A DNA stretch of 54,461 nucleotides, the filler included, from Sphacelaria rigidula (Eukaryota): the NCBI GenBank assembly GCA_964200075.2. It is 5 parts of 5 records of this genome, joined end to end, with 100 filler letters (N's around TTAATTAATTAA, not from the genome) between each part and the next. Parts side by side here need not be neighbours in the genome. Positions count along the whole stretch, not along the records: positions 32,740 to 43,550 come from CAXNAA020005868.1; positions 43,651 to 54,461 come from CAXNAA020005869.1; 3 more parts are not named here. One strand, written 5' to 3'. How positions within the stretch are numbered: the first letter of the stretch is position 1; each line of letters opens with the position of its first letter. Made by a program: the position numbers and the translations under genes. Below, piece after piece: positions 33,644 through 52,349 of the stretch. The notes below the pieces were generated by a model that was not told the DNA's origin, searched no databases, and saw nothing but the letters and a program-made list of their open reading frames with translations.

Positions 33644-36600
33644 TTAACTAGCCACACCTGGTGACTGCCGGTCGCCCTTGTATTTGGCAAGTCGGGCTTC
33701 TCGCAGTCTAGGCCGGAATGTGCAACCTTCGAGTTCTAGCCTTGCCTGCTCTTCCCACCTGTTATCAAAGGGTGAGGGGTATAATCGTGAGTATGTGCGT
33801 AGAATCAGAGCTTGTTCGCTATGTTGTATGTTTGTGTCACATAGCAGCATAGCAGCGGTGGCTGTTAGTAGCTTTCGATGCTTTTTATCCACGCCGTACA
33901 GCATAGTATCCCTTTCAATCCACCGGTTCCTTTGTCTACAAAGGTCATGGTTTCGGTTATCCACACGTGAAACCGTTGCTTTCACGGGAGATTTGCTGCA
34001 CGCACTTGCCGACGTCGTCAGATGAAACACGCGCCCAACGTGTTCAAATACACATGTTGGAATAGCCCGGTTGTCGTTCCCCCGTATGCAGCACAGTGGA
34101 GTAAACATGCGTTTGCAGAGAAAAAATCCGCGCACCGCTTCGCCCATAGTTGACGCTGTTCGTCTCCTCCACGGTAGAGTCTCTCGGCATAGCTCAAGGG
34201 TCGCTCGCCTCTACTTTCGACGGAAGAGGAAATCTCATGGGAAGACTGGGAGTAGAACTCTTCGCTTTCTCCCTCCCTCTCCGCACCTCGCTCTCGGTAA
34301 GCCTCGCCAACGTGCCTATGAGGATTGGAACTGCTGGGAAGTGCGTGAGTTTTTCCGTGACCATCGACCTTGACGCCGTGGCTACCATTCTCCACGGGTC
34401 TCCTCTCAGTTTCGCCCGTTTTCTGCCGACTCCGCGCTGTTTCTGAGGACCACTTGCGTTCCCTGTGACAGTTTAAACGTCATTCGTGGCACAAATTCAG
34501 TTGGCTGATCAGGGGACTGCATAGCTGGAAATCACTTCACCATGCACTCCAAATCAGTAGTTACAGACAGAGGGAGGTCTGCCACATGCATACCACGCTT
34601 TTTTCGATTTCTAACCTCTGAAGACGCTTTGTGTGCTTCCGCGACGCTTTGGTCTTCGTTTTTTTGCACGCGGCACTCATTCGTCAAGGGGCCTAAGTAA
34701 TTGCTCCTTATTGTCTGCAGGCATGGTAGCAAAGGGCGGAAGCGTTGGTACAGAACTTGACCGGATTGCAGGTTGCCGTATGCTCTTCACTGGTAGGCTC
34801 GACAACCTGGCTGCCTTGTTGTAGCGAAATTCCTGATGATGGCCATGATATGGGGAGAAAAGTACGACGCGTAACTCATAAGTGTACCTTGAGGTGGGTC
34901 TGCTCGCCACCAGCTTCGGCTGAAACGTACAAGCGGCAGGTACTCTCAAGGAATCCACGTGCACGCGTAGACGCTGCGCTTTGCTCTGAAGTGCATGGCA
35001 GACGTCGTAGTTATCGGTAAGGTGATGGGCATCGAACGATCCCTCGTGGTTAGCCAGGGGTTATTTGCAGCACAACAACGACGCCATGTTTCCAGAGTTT
35101 CTGCGGCGTTACGAGACGACGTGCCCCGATTGCACATTTCATAACGTCGCCAGGCTTCGGTTGATAACCCGAAGGCTGTCAATGAGTAAACTGTTCGCTC
35201 CCTGAACAAAAGATATGCGGTTCGAGTCCCGGCATAATCGATGGTGGAAGCAAAGAGTTTGACATGTGAACAGTGAGGCTTGCGAGGGGCAAGGGTCCTC
35301 GGAGATCACTGATGTGTCATGCCGGGACGGACCACACAGCATATGTTTTGTTCAGGAAACCAGTGAGCGCTCACTGGCTCAACGGGTAAACTATTCGCTT
35401 CCTGAACAAAGGCAACATTGTAAACTACCAACGCATCGTGCGGCGATGTGGAAAGATGCGCTCAGCTATCTTTATCGGATGAGCCCTAGGGGGCGACTCT
35501 GTGGTTCATTCAGAACGCGTTGACACGAATTGTCAAAGCGTCGGAATTTCATGCGCGACTATCATGACAGGGGGATTCGACCAACAAAAATCTGTAAACA
35601 CCAAGCACATCAGAGGTATGGAGTAGAAGAGAAGATATCCGTGCATCTATTGCTCCCCATCATACTTCTGACCCTACCAGGGCTCGAGGAGGCAGCGAGC
35701 CCGAAATTGGCGAGGCCAGGCGAGCCATCTATGGGCGTCACTTACATCTTCGTAAAGCATTTCAAATCGCTGTAGCCCTCGCACCGTTCCTCGTGTTGCA
35801 TTGTCGTTACCCCCCCGCGCCTCGCCGGTATTCCCGTGGCCATCCGGAGAATGGGTCGGTGCCCCTCCCGCCTCTCGATCACTCCATCGTCGCCGACATC
35901 CAGTCTTGTAGTATCTCGTGGTGGCGGCTAGGTTTGGCTGGAAGGTAAGCTCTCTATCCCTCTCTTTTTGCTGTACTCCCGGTGTAACGATAAAGAGGGT
36001 AACGCGTTCGAACGAATCGACGAAGATATGCGCATGCAAAGGTCAGAGTCGTTCGGCGAAACAAAGCTGACGCGCACTTGGGAGGAGAAGAAGTGGAGGT
36101 ATCTAGTAGCGTCGGGGTGTGGTACGTATGTCTTTCTACATATATTAGCACATCGCTGTTGTTTCGAGTACAGCCTACCGGGCTGGCGTTTTAGTCCAAA
36201 CATCGTGGCTATAGCTGATTCCTCCCGCTACTGCAACTGTCGACCTTGACCTTTCGACAGGAAAATGTAGCTGTCACAAGTCCAAGCATGTGACTACATT
36301 TTATAGGCTACACCAATATGTGCTAACCACCCGAGTCGAGCGGAGATGAACATCGCTCAAGACTGTGTCTTGAATCCTTACAGGCACCACCAGGGGTGAC
36401 TTTTTTACGGATGTCCAAGGTATATTCAAACTACCCGCACAAAATATGTACCGACAGCGACACTCGTTACCACGTTACTGCTCTTCTCAGGGCTGAGGGA
36501 AAAAATGTTTTTTTTGTCCCTGAAACAAATGTCATAACCTTTCACTCGCTTTCCGAATCTCACACGTATCGATCACGTCTACGGACCAGTCCTCACTCGA

Positions 36601-38100
36601 GGGGCTTCATCCTTCGACCGAAGAATTTAGCATCTTGACCGCAGGAGCGACCGTGTACAAAGATCGATCAGCGAAGTGTTACGTTGACATATACGGGCTG
36701 AAATGGACTGCTTCGTGGTTAAATTGTTGCCCTTACTGTGATACGTGTAGACTACAGAGTCGGACTTGGCTCCGAAATCCGATTGTTGAACATAATTTGC
36801 CTTTACCACCCTTATGGCTGACCCTAGCCCGAACCTCAAGCCAACACATGGCAAGAACTCCCGGGTAAGGGGGGTGCAGGGGGGTGCAGGGGATGCCCTA
36901 GGCAGAGTGTGCATTGGCAGAGCACAGGTCAGTGCTTGCGGCGCCGATTTGAGCCAAAATCCGTGCTGCGCACGCGGGGTAAGCGCTTGGAAGTGCAAGT
37001 CCTGTAGGAATCCGAATATGATGGTCCTACCGTAAAATCAGCTATGTTTCAACCATCAGATTTCGCAGCGGACTGGGGAAACCTTCACTAGAACTCCCTG
37101 CCAGTTGTTATAGGCGACCTACTACATCAACGGAATCAATTCACCTTGGCTCTGAGGCGTTCTTCCCTATTGCTGCTCTCATGATACAAGAAGTCGTGTA
37201 CAGATCCAGCGTGAGCCAGACGCTTGCCCCAGGCGGAGCCCCGGGGAACAGAGGAGCTACGATGGCTCTCGCACCGCCGATGTTCTCGTGAGACGTGTGG
37301 GGAGCATCCCAAGGATCCTGATATGTTTAGCAAGTGACGGGATAGTTATGAATAGCGTGTTTCGAGTATTACTTTGAGTATATCAATATATACCATTCAA
37401 ATTATGGTGCGGTTCCAATCTATGGCCTCATGACCGCCAGTGTGGGTCATCTGTTGAACCGGCACAATTTTCACTGTGAAAATGAATGCGCAACCCAAAT
37501 CACTCACAAGGCGACCATAGGATCAATATATATATATATATATATATATAATTTCCAATAATCTGCGGTAGAGCGTACAACGCGAGTGGTTGGCATACCA
37601 CGGGATAGCTGATATGTTGAAGCGGAGCAAGCAACAATGTGCGCAGGACGCACAATCGACCTGTATGTGCTCTTGAATAAATCTCTCTATCTCTACCCTT
37701 CACTGTACTCTCCGCGTAGGAGGACAGGATCGTGCATATCAATCGGATGAATGTTTTCGTCCTCAAACACCCCCACTACATAGATGTCTGCTATATACTC
37801 CGTCGGAGGGCACTGACCACTCCGTTTTCTCGGCACCCTTTGCGCTTGGTCGCCTGTTTGCCGATCCTCCGACCATGCCTCTCCGACACTTGATTCCAGA
37901 TGTTCCCCCGTAGCCTCAGGCTCTCGCCCGAATCGATTTTTTCTCCTCCCATTGGTGTGTGGCGCTGGAGATGCTACCGGTAGTCCTCGTTGTTTACTTC
38001 GCTGGGAGGTCTCCTCTAAGTGATGACCTTGATCACGGCGGCCTGCGTCTCGTGGTCTGTGTTTCCATGCGGGCACAAAGCCGTCGGCGTAAGTGTACAC
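33644..38100 (-). CDS. Hypothetical low-complexity/coiled-coil protein with repeated (C/L)TF(Q/R)P.L motifs; 5' end uncertain, possibly pseudogenised
   Basis: Exon-like blocks at ~38100-37698, ~37325-37146, ~35975-35744 (ELTFQPNL...RFEMLYED|gt), 34985-34888 (CTFQPKL), ~34460-34136 (YAERLY..) and 33758-33644 (ELEGCTFRPRL..TAA). An in-frame TGA lies at 34787-34789 in the likely reading frame. The gene may extend to ~39700. Confidence 0.55.
36815..36990 (-). repeat. Diverged minus-strand copy of the TTAGGG/GGCGCC cassette, intronic
   Basis: accctagcccgaacc..ccctaggcagagtgtgcattggcaga..ggcgccgatttga..cgtgctgcgcacgc. Confidence 0.7.
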
Positions 38101-39887
38101 ACGACTGCATGTAGAAGAACACGCGTTTTCGGTAGGTAGTCAAAGTTCATAATGGGGGGCACGGTTTGCGAAGACTTTGATTGGTAAGACGATGCCTGCT
38201 TCAGCATCCAGATCTCGCGTTTACCGGATTGACCCCCAGGAAATGAAAGGGAGTTATCGACGGCCGAACAACTCGTTCGAGTCGAAGGTAGCTGGCTCAC
38301 TGGACTACTCCACAGCCTTGTGTGCAGACCAAAAGCAGGGATGGCGCGTGGCCCGTTCATCGTACTTTGGTCAGCGGCTACTATATACACGATAGAGTTA
38401 CGGATGCGAGACTTGTTTCACTCGATCCAGAGACTAGTTTGTGTGAAGAGGACACGCGTGCATACATAGTCTCACCGATCAACGTCGGCATCAAGAGGCG
38501 ATGACGGTTGCTGCTTCCTAGCCGATGACTTCACCCCAGAAACATCGGTGGGGGCCGGTGTAATGGTATCTATCACAGCCGGTGTGAAGCTGTATGTAGA
38601 CCTGATTAACAAAATTGCGAGATCGGGTGACACGAGCCTTTCCATCCTTCACCGATGGCAACAACAGTACGGTACGGTACAGTACATTGAGTATATATGG
38701 CAGTAAGGCGAAGCCGGGCCTTTTCGGAACATTTTTGAAACTTCATTCAAGTATTTGCCGTCGAGAACAGCGCGCGACGGCGGGCAAATTGTTCAACTAT
38801 CTCCTCCAAAGATTTACTTGAGATACTTATATCAGATGCACGGCAGTATGCATAGCCTCTGTGACGTTTGGTTGGTGAGATAGATCTCAAGCTTTTGCCA
38901 CAATTCCAGGGCACATTGTACATCATGTGTTCCACGCATGTATGTATCGATGACTAACGATGACAAACTATGTATGGTTAGCTTGGTGCTATGCAAAGAG
39001 ACATTGCATGTGTATTACATGCAGGGATGGTCACTACCTGTCTACTTTTGCGAGGAGTGGAGATTGTCTCTGAATGTCACTAATCCTTGCGGCTTCTTCA
39101 TCCCCGTCCGTCGCCGCAGGAGCCCCAGAGTAGTGTCCAGCACGGATCTTTGCGGCAAGATCTATGCTGTTGATACTTGCAAGATCTTTGCAAGGGTGTG
39201 TGCGCGATCTTGTAGCGGCGAGCAATAGACTCGTGAGATTTATTCCTGTAGCCATACCCATCAAAGGTTACGATATACTTCTCTATGAGGAGAGCTTGTG
39301 ACCAAACAAGTAACGTGAGGCTCGCCCGCACCACATGAATCCAGTGTCTAATAACAACTTATTGAGATGTCCGAAACTGCCTGGCTAGGAGATACTGTTC
39401 CGATTCTACTACAAATTGTCAAACGGGTATTAACAAATATCCAGTCGAAAGTTACGTCCCGAAATAAGGGTATTCCGAGCCGTTTCAAGTTTGAAATTTT
39501 TCCGCAAGACAAGAACAGAGCACAGCTTTCTATACCAATTTTAGAATAAATAAGTGCACTGCCCAAAATAATGGAACAGGTCTGGGTGGGCACGGACCGA
39601 ACGGGTGATGGAAGGCGAGGGTCACAGATATCATCTCCCCCCTCCAATATTATCGCCCCCTCCTTGTCGAGCGTCACGGCAGGCAGGACCTACTGTGGGT
39701 GTATCAAGTGTTTGCTGAACAAGCCATAGTCACCCGTTGCGGGCGGAGGCTCCTGTAACCGCAAAGGGAGCATTGCGGCATGTTGTGGGGTGCAGTTTTT
39801 CAGATCCGAGGAGGCAACTAACCTGCGTGCTGCATTGGTGCAATCTGTGTTGTACTCCCAATAAGCACACTAGATGCAGCAACAGCC

Positions 39888-40370
39888 ATGCATCTATCGA
39901 GGGGGGCATGGCTGAAACTGCTCCTACTACTCGAACAACTGGTAGGACTGACAAATGGAGAGCCCACCTTCAACAGGACAGAGGGTCTGGCCGAAGTGGG
40001 TTCGTGCGAGGGCCTCAAAAGTAAAGTGGAGCTCGGGTTGGATATTTCGATAGTAGTCAACTCCGATCTACTGTGCGCAGAAACTATCTCCCTTCTTCCA
40101 GACCAAGACGTTACTATATCGGGTTCAGTAAATCAGCAGTACGTCGTCGCTATAGCTGAAGACTTTCCTGTGCCTAACCCGGCATCATCGAACCTACTAG
40201 TCGTGCCCGATGGGGCGGTGCTCAGCTTGCACAACCTCGAGTTTGGCAATGAAGCTGGGATACAGGGCTCGCCGGGTGCAGTTCGAGCAATATGGAATTC
40301 GGGTTACGTGGAGATTTCATCTTGTTCGTTCGACGGTCTAAACTACGCTGCTTTTCAGGATGGCGGAGCG
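39888..40370 (+). CDS. First exon of a secreted polymorphic-outer-membrane-protein/adhesin-like (pectin-lyase-like beta-helix) protein; partial
   Basis: Signal-peptide-like N-terminus, 'GAVLSLHNLEF', and 'RAIWNSGYVEISSCSFDG...DGGA' ending at a GTGAGT donor (40371). This GGA-motif pattern is common in brown algal adhesin-like genes. Downstream exons were not found. Confidence 0.65.
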
Positions 40371-41751
40371 GTGAGTACGGGCAGAGCTGCTCGGTTGTGG
40401 AATCGCATAGAGATGCTTAGATGGCTCATATGATTGAGAGGGTGCCTTCGTTCGGCGATTTTTGTGTGGTGAGCAAACGGCAGTATACCTCTCTCCTGTG
40501 GCTTGTCTCGGGGTCCCATGGAATGTACAGGAATCATCAGTCAGGTTCGTGTCGCGACCTTTCGTATCTTTGGAGGTACAGCGTTACGGTCGTATATTCT
40601 ACCCATGGGCACGACAGATACCTCTTTCCCCTCCCCCGTATACTCGTTACAGTAACGGTTAACCAGTAACATGTGTAGGGAAACTGCAAAGAACTCTTGA
40701 CCTTCGGCCGTGCACACGAAGGCAAAGGTCATTCGCTCAGCTTGTCCTGAAATTTGCACGACCTGGTTGGTAAGGGCAGGTTTCCGCAAGCCGCGTGCCG
40801 AAGGGGTTGCTTCGGCATTGATTTATTCCTTGCAGCACTCGTCTCTTTACGCTTAGCTACCCCTCCTCGACACCGCGTCTTGTATTTCAACATGCGCCGA
40901 CTGTCACTGAGCAGCCAGTGCAAACAGTCAGTGGCACATGTTGTACCTGACCGTCCTCACACTTCTGATCGTTCGTTAGCACTGAACATGTGCACATATT
41001 GTTGTGAATCTAGATAGTTTGATACCTGTAGTACCGTGCGAACTTTGTTTGCGATGGGTGGGCACGACGGTCATGAACAACGCAGTGATACGAGTAGCGG
41101 CATTATATCTTGATATGCGTTGAACTTTCTTGTAGAGTTTTGTCGCCATTCTGTTGTATTCTTCGTCGGTTCGTGTTCCGTCCCTTGCTCCGCCGCTGTG
41201 CCATTTTGAACCAACGGTCTGTGCGCTGTTGTACCGTGCAGTCACCTGTAACAACACTGTATAGTTTTCTATTTTCTGTTCAAGACCCCACATATTCGAG
41301 TTACAAATCAGGAGCCGCAACCAGCAGACCGTTCAGACCCAACCTGTTTTCTTTGTACGACCCGCAGCCCCCATTATTACCCCGACTGGCATCGTTGTTC
41401 CATAATAATCTCCATGCTAATGGAAGTCAAGGTCAAAGTCCGTTTTCTAGTTGGGTAGTTGTGCTTCTGTGTTCTGTATACTGTTTGTACATGATTCGCA
41501 TGCCGTTGTTTTGGTGAATATGCAGTAGTACAGACAGTGCAGTTGGTGTAAAAGTGCTTTTTTTAAAACTCGTCTTGTCTATACAGCTCTTGCATGATGT
41601 AGTGACCGCTGGAACAAGACATCTCGAGGCCCCCGTGTTGGTGGGCAAAGTGCAATGGGTGCGTACCCTATGATGGCATGTGCGGAGCGTCTGCACAAGT
41701 TCATCCGTCCAGTGTGGGTCACCCAGGGGTCACCTCTGTCGGTTCATTCGG

Positions 41752-42548
41752 TAACCCTTAGACCGCGAGATGAGTCTTTTTCTGGATCATGCATACTTTA
41801 TTTCACTTGAAATTGAGACCGCGAGGTCACGTTGAACCGGCATCAATTTTCAAGTGAAATAAAGTATGCATGATCCAGAAAGACGAATGTCACGGTCAAA
41901 GGGTTAACCCTTAGACCGCGAGATTGGTCTCCTGTTGAATCGACATCAATTTCAAGTAAAAAAAAGTATGCATGGTCCGTAAAGACTATGTCGCGGTCTT
42001 GGACAACAGACGTCACCAACTGGTCGGAAAAAGTAGTTGAAATTAAAACATACTCGTTTTAGTGTTAGTCGGGGCGATGGATGAAACCCCTACAGATACA
42101 GGTGAGCAGTGGTGAGCAGTAGACCCAGCTTGTCCAGAACGTGTCTTGTTCCAAAATCGGCTGGAAGGCGTCGATTTGAGCTCTGGCAACGCACACTTTG
42201 CCTAGGGAAGAAAGACTCTGCATCCCCTTGCCCGAGTGTCCTCGGTATGCCTTGGTCGGGGTTAGGGTTGGGGTTAGGGCTAGCGTCAGGGTTGGCGGCA
42301 TCTCCATAGTTCGTCAACCATTTTTTCCGACCAGTTGGTAAAGAGGCCTCGTCTTAGACCGGTTAACCCTTGGACCGCGAGGTTGGTCTTCTGTTGAATC
42401 GGCATCAGTTTCAAGTGAAAAAAATCATTCACGACCCAGAAAGACAAATCTCGCGGTAGACCGCGAGGTTAGTCTTCTGTTGAATCGGCATCAATTTCAA
42501 CAGAAAAAAGGCATTCATGATTCAGAAAGTCAAATCTCGCGGTCTAAT
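41752..42548. mobile_element. Cluster of piggyBac-like ~100-bp MITEs plus an IR-bounded TTAGGG cassette
   Basis: Copies at 41752-41907 (inverted fusion), 41904-42002, 42363-42457 and 42458-42548, with TTAA junctions at 41904 and 42363. Segment 42015-42339 is bounded by accaactggtcggaaaaa / tttttccgaccagttggt. Confidence 0.85.
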
Positions 42549-43480
42549 AAAGCCGGATGTTATGGGAACAGATCTTCGGCCCCGGATCTTCAAAATTCGT
42601 GTAACACCCATGTTATGGGTAGAGATTTATTGAAATTTTGGGTGAAAAAATCCGTGGCCAAGATTCGGGGCCCGAGTCTCACAGAATTTCGGGCAAACTG
42701 GCGGGGGTCGGCAAGCACAGATTTTTGCCCACGGATTTTTGCGTTTTGGCCGGCAGACCGTCATAATGGGGCCACGCCGCGTTTTTGTTGGATGTGCCGG
42801 CGTGCTGGCTACGCCTTTGTGAGTGATCCTGTCGACAACAATCAACAACACACGAAGTAAACCACACACCGCAGCCGACACGCTATGAAGCCCGCTTCGC
42901 CGCTTCGCGCGTACGAGACAAAAAACGACACGTCTTGCTCGTCGGTCTCCTGGCAAAACTATTGCAGAGATGTTGAGAGAGAAGACATGTGATGCGCACT
43001 GTCGCTGTCTGGCGGGTAGTTCTGCGATCCTTCGATGAAGGATCCAACTTTAGCAAGAACGAGGGGGGCATGGTCGCTTACTTATGTGCTCGAAAAAACC
43101 GGCACTGGTGTTAGTGGGGTGGTGATGACCTCTCTGCGGCAGTGACGCTACATTACTACAACACGTCACAGCACACGAGACATCTACGAGACTGTGAGCT
43201 GTTGAAACACGCTAAACATGAAACTCGAAACCCTGGTGAAGGTATACAAATCAGAACAGTACGGTATGAAAATCTGTGTGCTGCCATAATATCGTTCCCG
43301 AAGCCAAATTTGCCGCGGATTTGTTTCACCAGAATTTTATTTTGCAATAATTTTAAACGACTTTTTTTTTCTTTGCCGTGGTTGTGTATTTTGTGCTCGT
43401 TCACCATGATGGAGAAGAAAAAAAAAACTCCTCTGACATTGTTCCAAAGTAAAATTACAAACGCTCCCATAAAAGTTGGG

Positions 43481-43550
43481 TTAAACCCTAGACCGCGAGG
43501 TTAGTCTTCTGTTGAATCGGCATCAATTTCAAGTGAAATAAAGTATGCAT
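43481..43550 (+). mobile_element. piggyBac-like MITE, truncated by the contig end
   Basis: ttaaaccctagaccgcgaggttagtcttctgttgaatcggcatcaatttcaagtgaaataaagtatgcat. Confidence 0.85.
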
Positions 43551-43650
43551 NNNNNNNNNNNNNNNNNNNNNNNNNNNNNNNNNNNNNNNNNNNNTTAATT
43601 AATTAANNNNNNNNNNNNNNNNNNNNNNNNNNNNNNNNNNNNNNNNNNNN
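43551..43650. other. Artificial contig spacer
   Basis: N44-TTAATTAATTAA-N44. Confidence 0.97.
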
Positions 43651-45534
43651 TAGTTGACCTATACCCGGTGACGGCGGTTCGGGTCTACGACCGGGGAAGG
43701 TACCGACTGTGTCACGGGTGATAACCTATGCCTTGCACGAGCAGGGGTACGTGGGATGAGAAGTAACCCAGCTACCGCACGGGCGTGGTACGAAGTAGAT
43801 CGACAGTAGATATCACAGATACTCCGTACTAGCCAAGTTGCTGCCTCTTTCCTTGGGCCGCTGCCGTCAGCCAGCCGGAACCGGCCTCAGCGCTCGGGCC
43901 GAGGCCGGAGGCGAAGGAGAAGAGCAGATAGCTTAATTGGTGGTTATTTCCCGCCTTGATGCCAGCCTCGATCGACACGGGGCCGACGTAAACAACAACG
44001 CTGGCAAGATCTGCCGCTGGTTCCGCGCGGATTTATTTCATATCGTTTCCCTCTAGAATTGTCATCAGGAAGTGGTACAGTTTAGTCTTTTCGGAATCAC
44101 CGTAGTATCACGGATAATCAATCCTCTTTTCAAGCCACGCAGCGCACCAAACACCTTGTGTCGCCGAAACTGCTGCATCAATGCCTACCTGCGGCTTCAA
44201 GCCGCATACACCTGACGTTTCAGAATTATCAGACGCCACGTGTGCTGTGTTTGGGCGCTCAATCTCTACAAAATACCGCCTCCATATTATTGAAAAGGAA
44301 CAACATCCGCTGAAGGGTTGAACTGGCTCTAATAACTCGCTGTATACACTTACTTCTTGTCTTTTGGATGCGACGATACATATTTACGTCTTGATAAAAA
44401 TCTTGTGTCAAAAGTTCAGCCTTCAACTCTTGACAACGGGTCATGTAAAACCGGTCAAGTGCAAAAAAATGCTCCAAGCTCGTCCTGCTTCGGACAGGAA
44501 ACACAAAATGAAAAATGTTAGTGTTGCCCCGAGAGCCAATTGATGTGCCATGTAGGGATCTGGAAAGTTAAAGGATCCAAGTTGGTTGGTCCGTGGCAGA
44601 TCCATGTTCTAGCGCCATCGAGGCTCTAGCGAGGAGGGACGAAGTCGTGAAATTAAAGTGAAGCCAGATATGCATATTTCAGCGGAGTCTAGCACAGATA
44701 CTGGCATTGACGATTATCCCAGATCCTTGATCCTTACATACTCCTGTGTTTCGTGGGGTACGGCGACTTAACCGAAGTGCAGCGTGTTGCATGTCTGCTG
44801 TGCATACTCAGGATATAAATGAAGAGGGGGTGTTGTACTGCGTGACCTTCGCAAACGCAGGGAGTTTCAGACTGCGATTGTTCGTGTCTCTCTATCATAT
44901 GTTCGGATGTTCGAGCAATCGGAGTTGGGGAGCACCACCGAAAAAATGGAAAATTGCAGCATAATCCGAAGACTGTAATGTTGACTCTATATATCTGTCG
45001 ACCTCACGAAAACCTGTACGGCGGGGTGGCGATTGCACATACTGTCACCAGACACTTGATGGTGCTGGCTGCAAATCTGCAATCGAAATTTGAAATTTGA
45101 TCGAGCATGTTTCTTCCATGTCCGTCATTTACGACGGACTTCATTCCGACCCTGGTTTCTCACGGTAGCGCAGGGTAGAAATCCTGGCAATCTGGGCGAG
45201 ACACGACATACCTGATAATTTTCACAAGCTCTGCACAACTCTTGGAACGACGGAAAGCAGCCCCCACCTGCGCAGTGTGGGTGCGGAGCGACCTTGCTAG
45301 TCGCGAGTATGCGAGACATGAAAAATATGCAAATGTGGTATATAGTAATACAAATATATGAGAAATGACATTTATTTACGAGGCTACATTTTTTTTATGG
45401 GTCTGTGTATCTGCATGAGAAGTTCGCCGGCTGCGGTATTGCAGTAACTTGCGACATTGCCCGTGCACATCGCCCTCCCCACCACAACACAATCGAAGCA
45501 TCTCAATACCTCTCTAGTCTCCACCACTTCCTAA

Positions 45535-51625
<6,091 letters not shown>

Positions 51626-52349
51626 GCACTGCGCTTCGATAGTTGTAGTCTGTCGCACCGTCACCCCGCTGAAAAAACATGACCAAGTTTCGATGTCTTG
51701 CCCACTGCGGGCCCATGCAACCCTTCGCAGAGCGGGTCACCTTGCGGTACGCGCCTTTTTTTCCCGCTCCCTACGAGTCTGCGTGGTCCCGTTGCCGCAT
51801 CTGGTGTTGAGATGTTTTTCATTGACAAGCAAACTCCTTGTTTGTTGGAGAGTGTAGGGCAATGCCGGCCGGGCCCCTAGGAGTTGGAGGGTGAAGATTT
51901 TGAATCACGCACTGTGTGGTGGAGCGGGGACAAGTTGCGAATGTCTCGTTCCTGTAATTGTTGAAAGTTTGCTTTGGCGTGAGTGGAAGTTTACTTTTAT
52001 TTCAGGTGACGAGTGTCACCCATTTTTTTCATTACATGAGTGATGTGTAGAAATCATGTGAGTGTAGTGCGTCCTTGATCCGTTCGGCTCCCAACATTCG
52101 TGAGTACGTTCTCGTGGGTATCAGTCGGCCGTCCGCCAGTTTAGGTGTAGTATGTTACTGTGTTGTAACCGGTTTTGATATACGGAGACCTCCAGTGGCC
52201 GAAGCCACGAACAAAAGTAGAAGAACTCGTGCACACCTATTCCTAGGTGACTCACCACCCGAGGGGCTCCACGAGGGTATCAGGGCAGAACGGAAAATCA
52301 TGTACAGCACGGGCCCGAGGGAGCCAGATGCACCCAGCAAGCAGTCCAG

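Noticed and set aside
33150-33647. 165-aa ORF as a gene
   Set aside because: Non-ATG start, begins in a G/C-run repeat region, and has no recognisable motif or splice support.
44259-44504. KDZ/CxC transposase fragment ('FFALDRFY')
   Set aside because: A single weak motif with no supporting neighbours.
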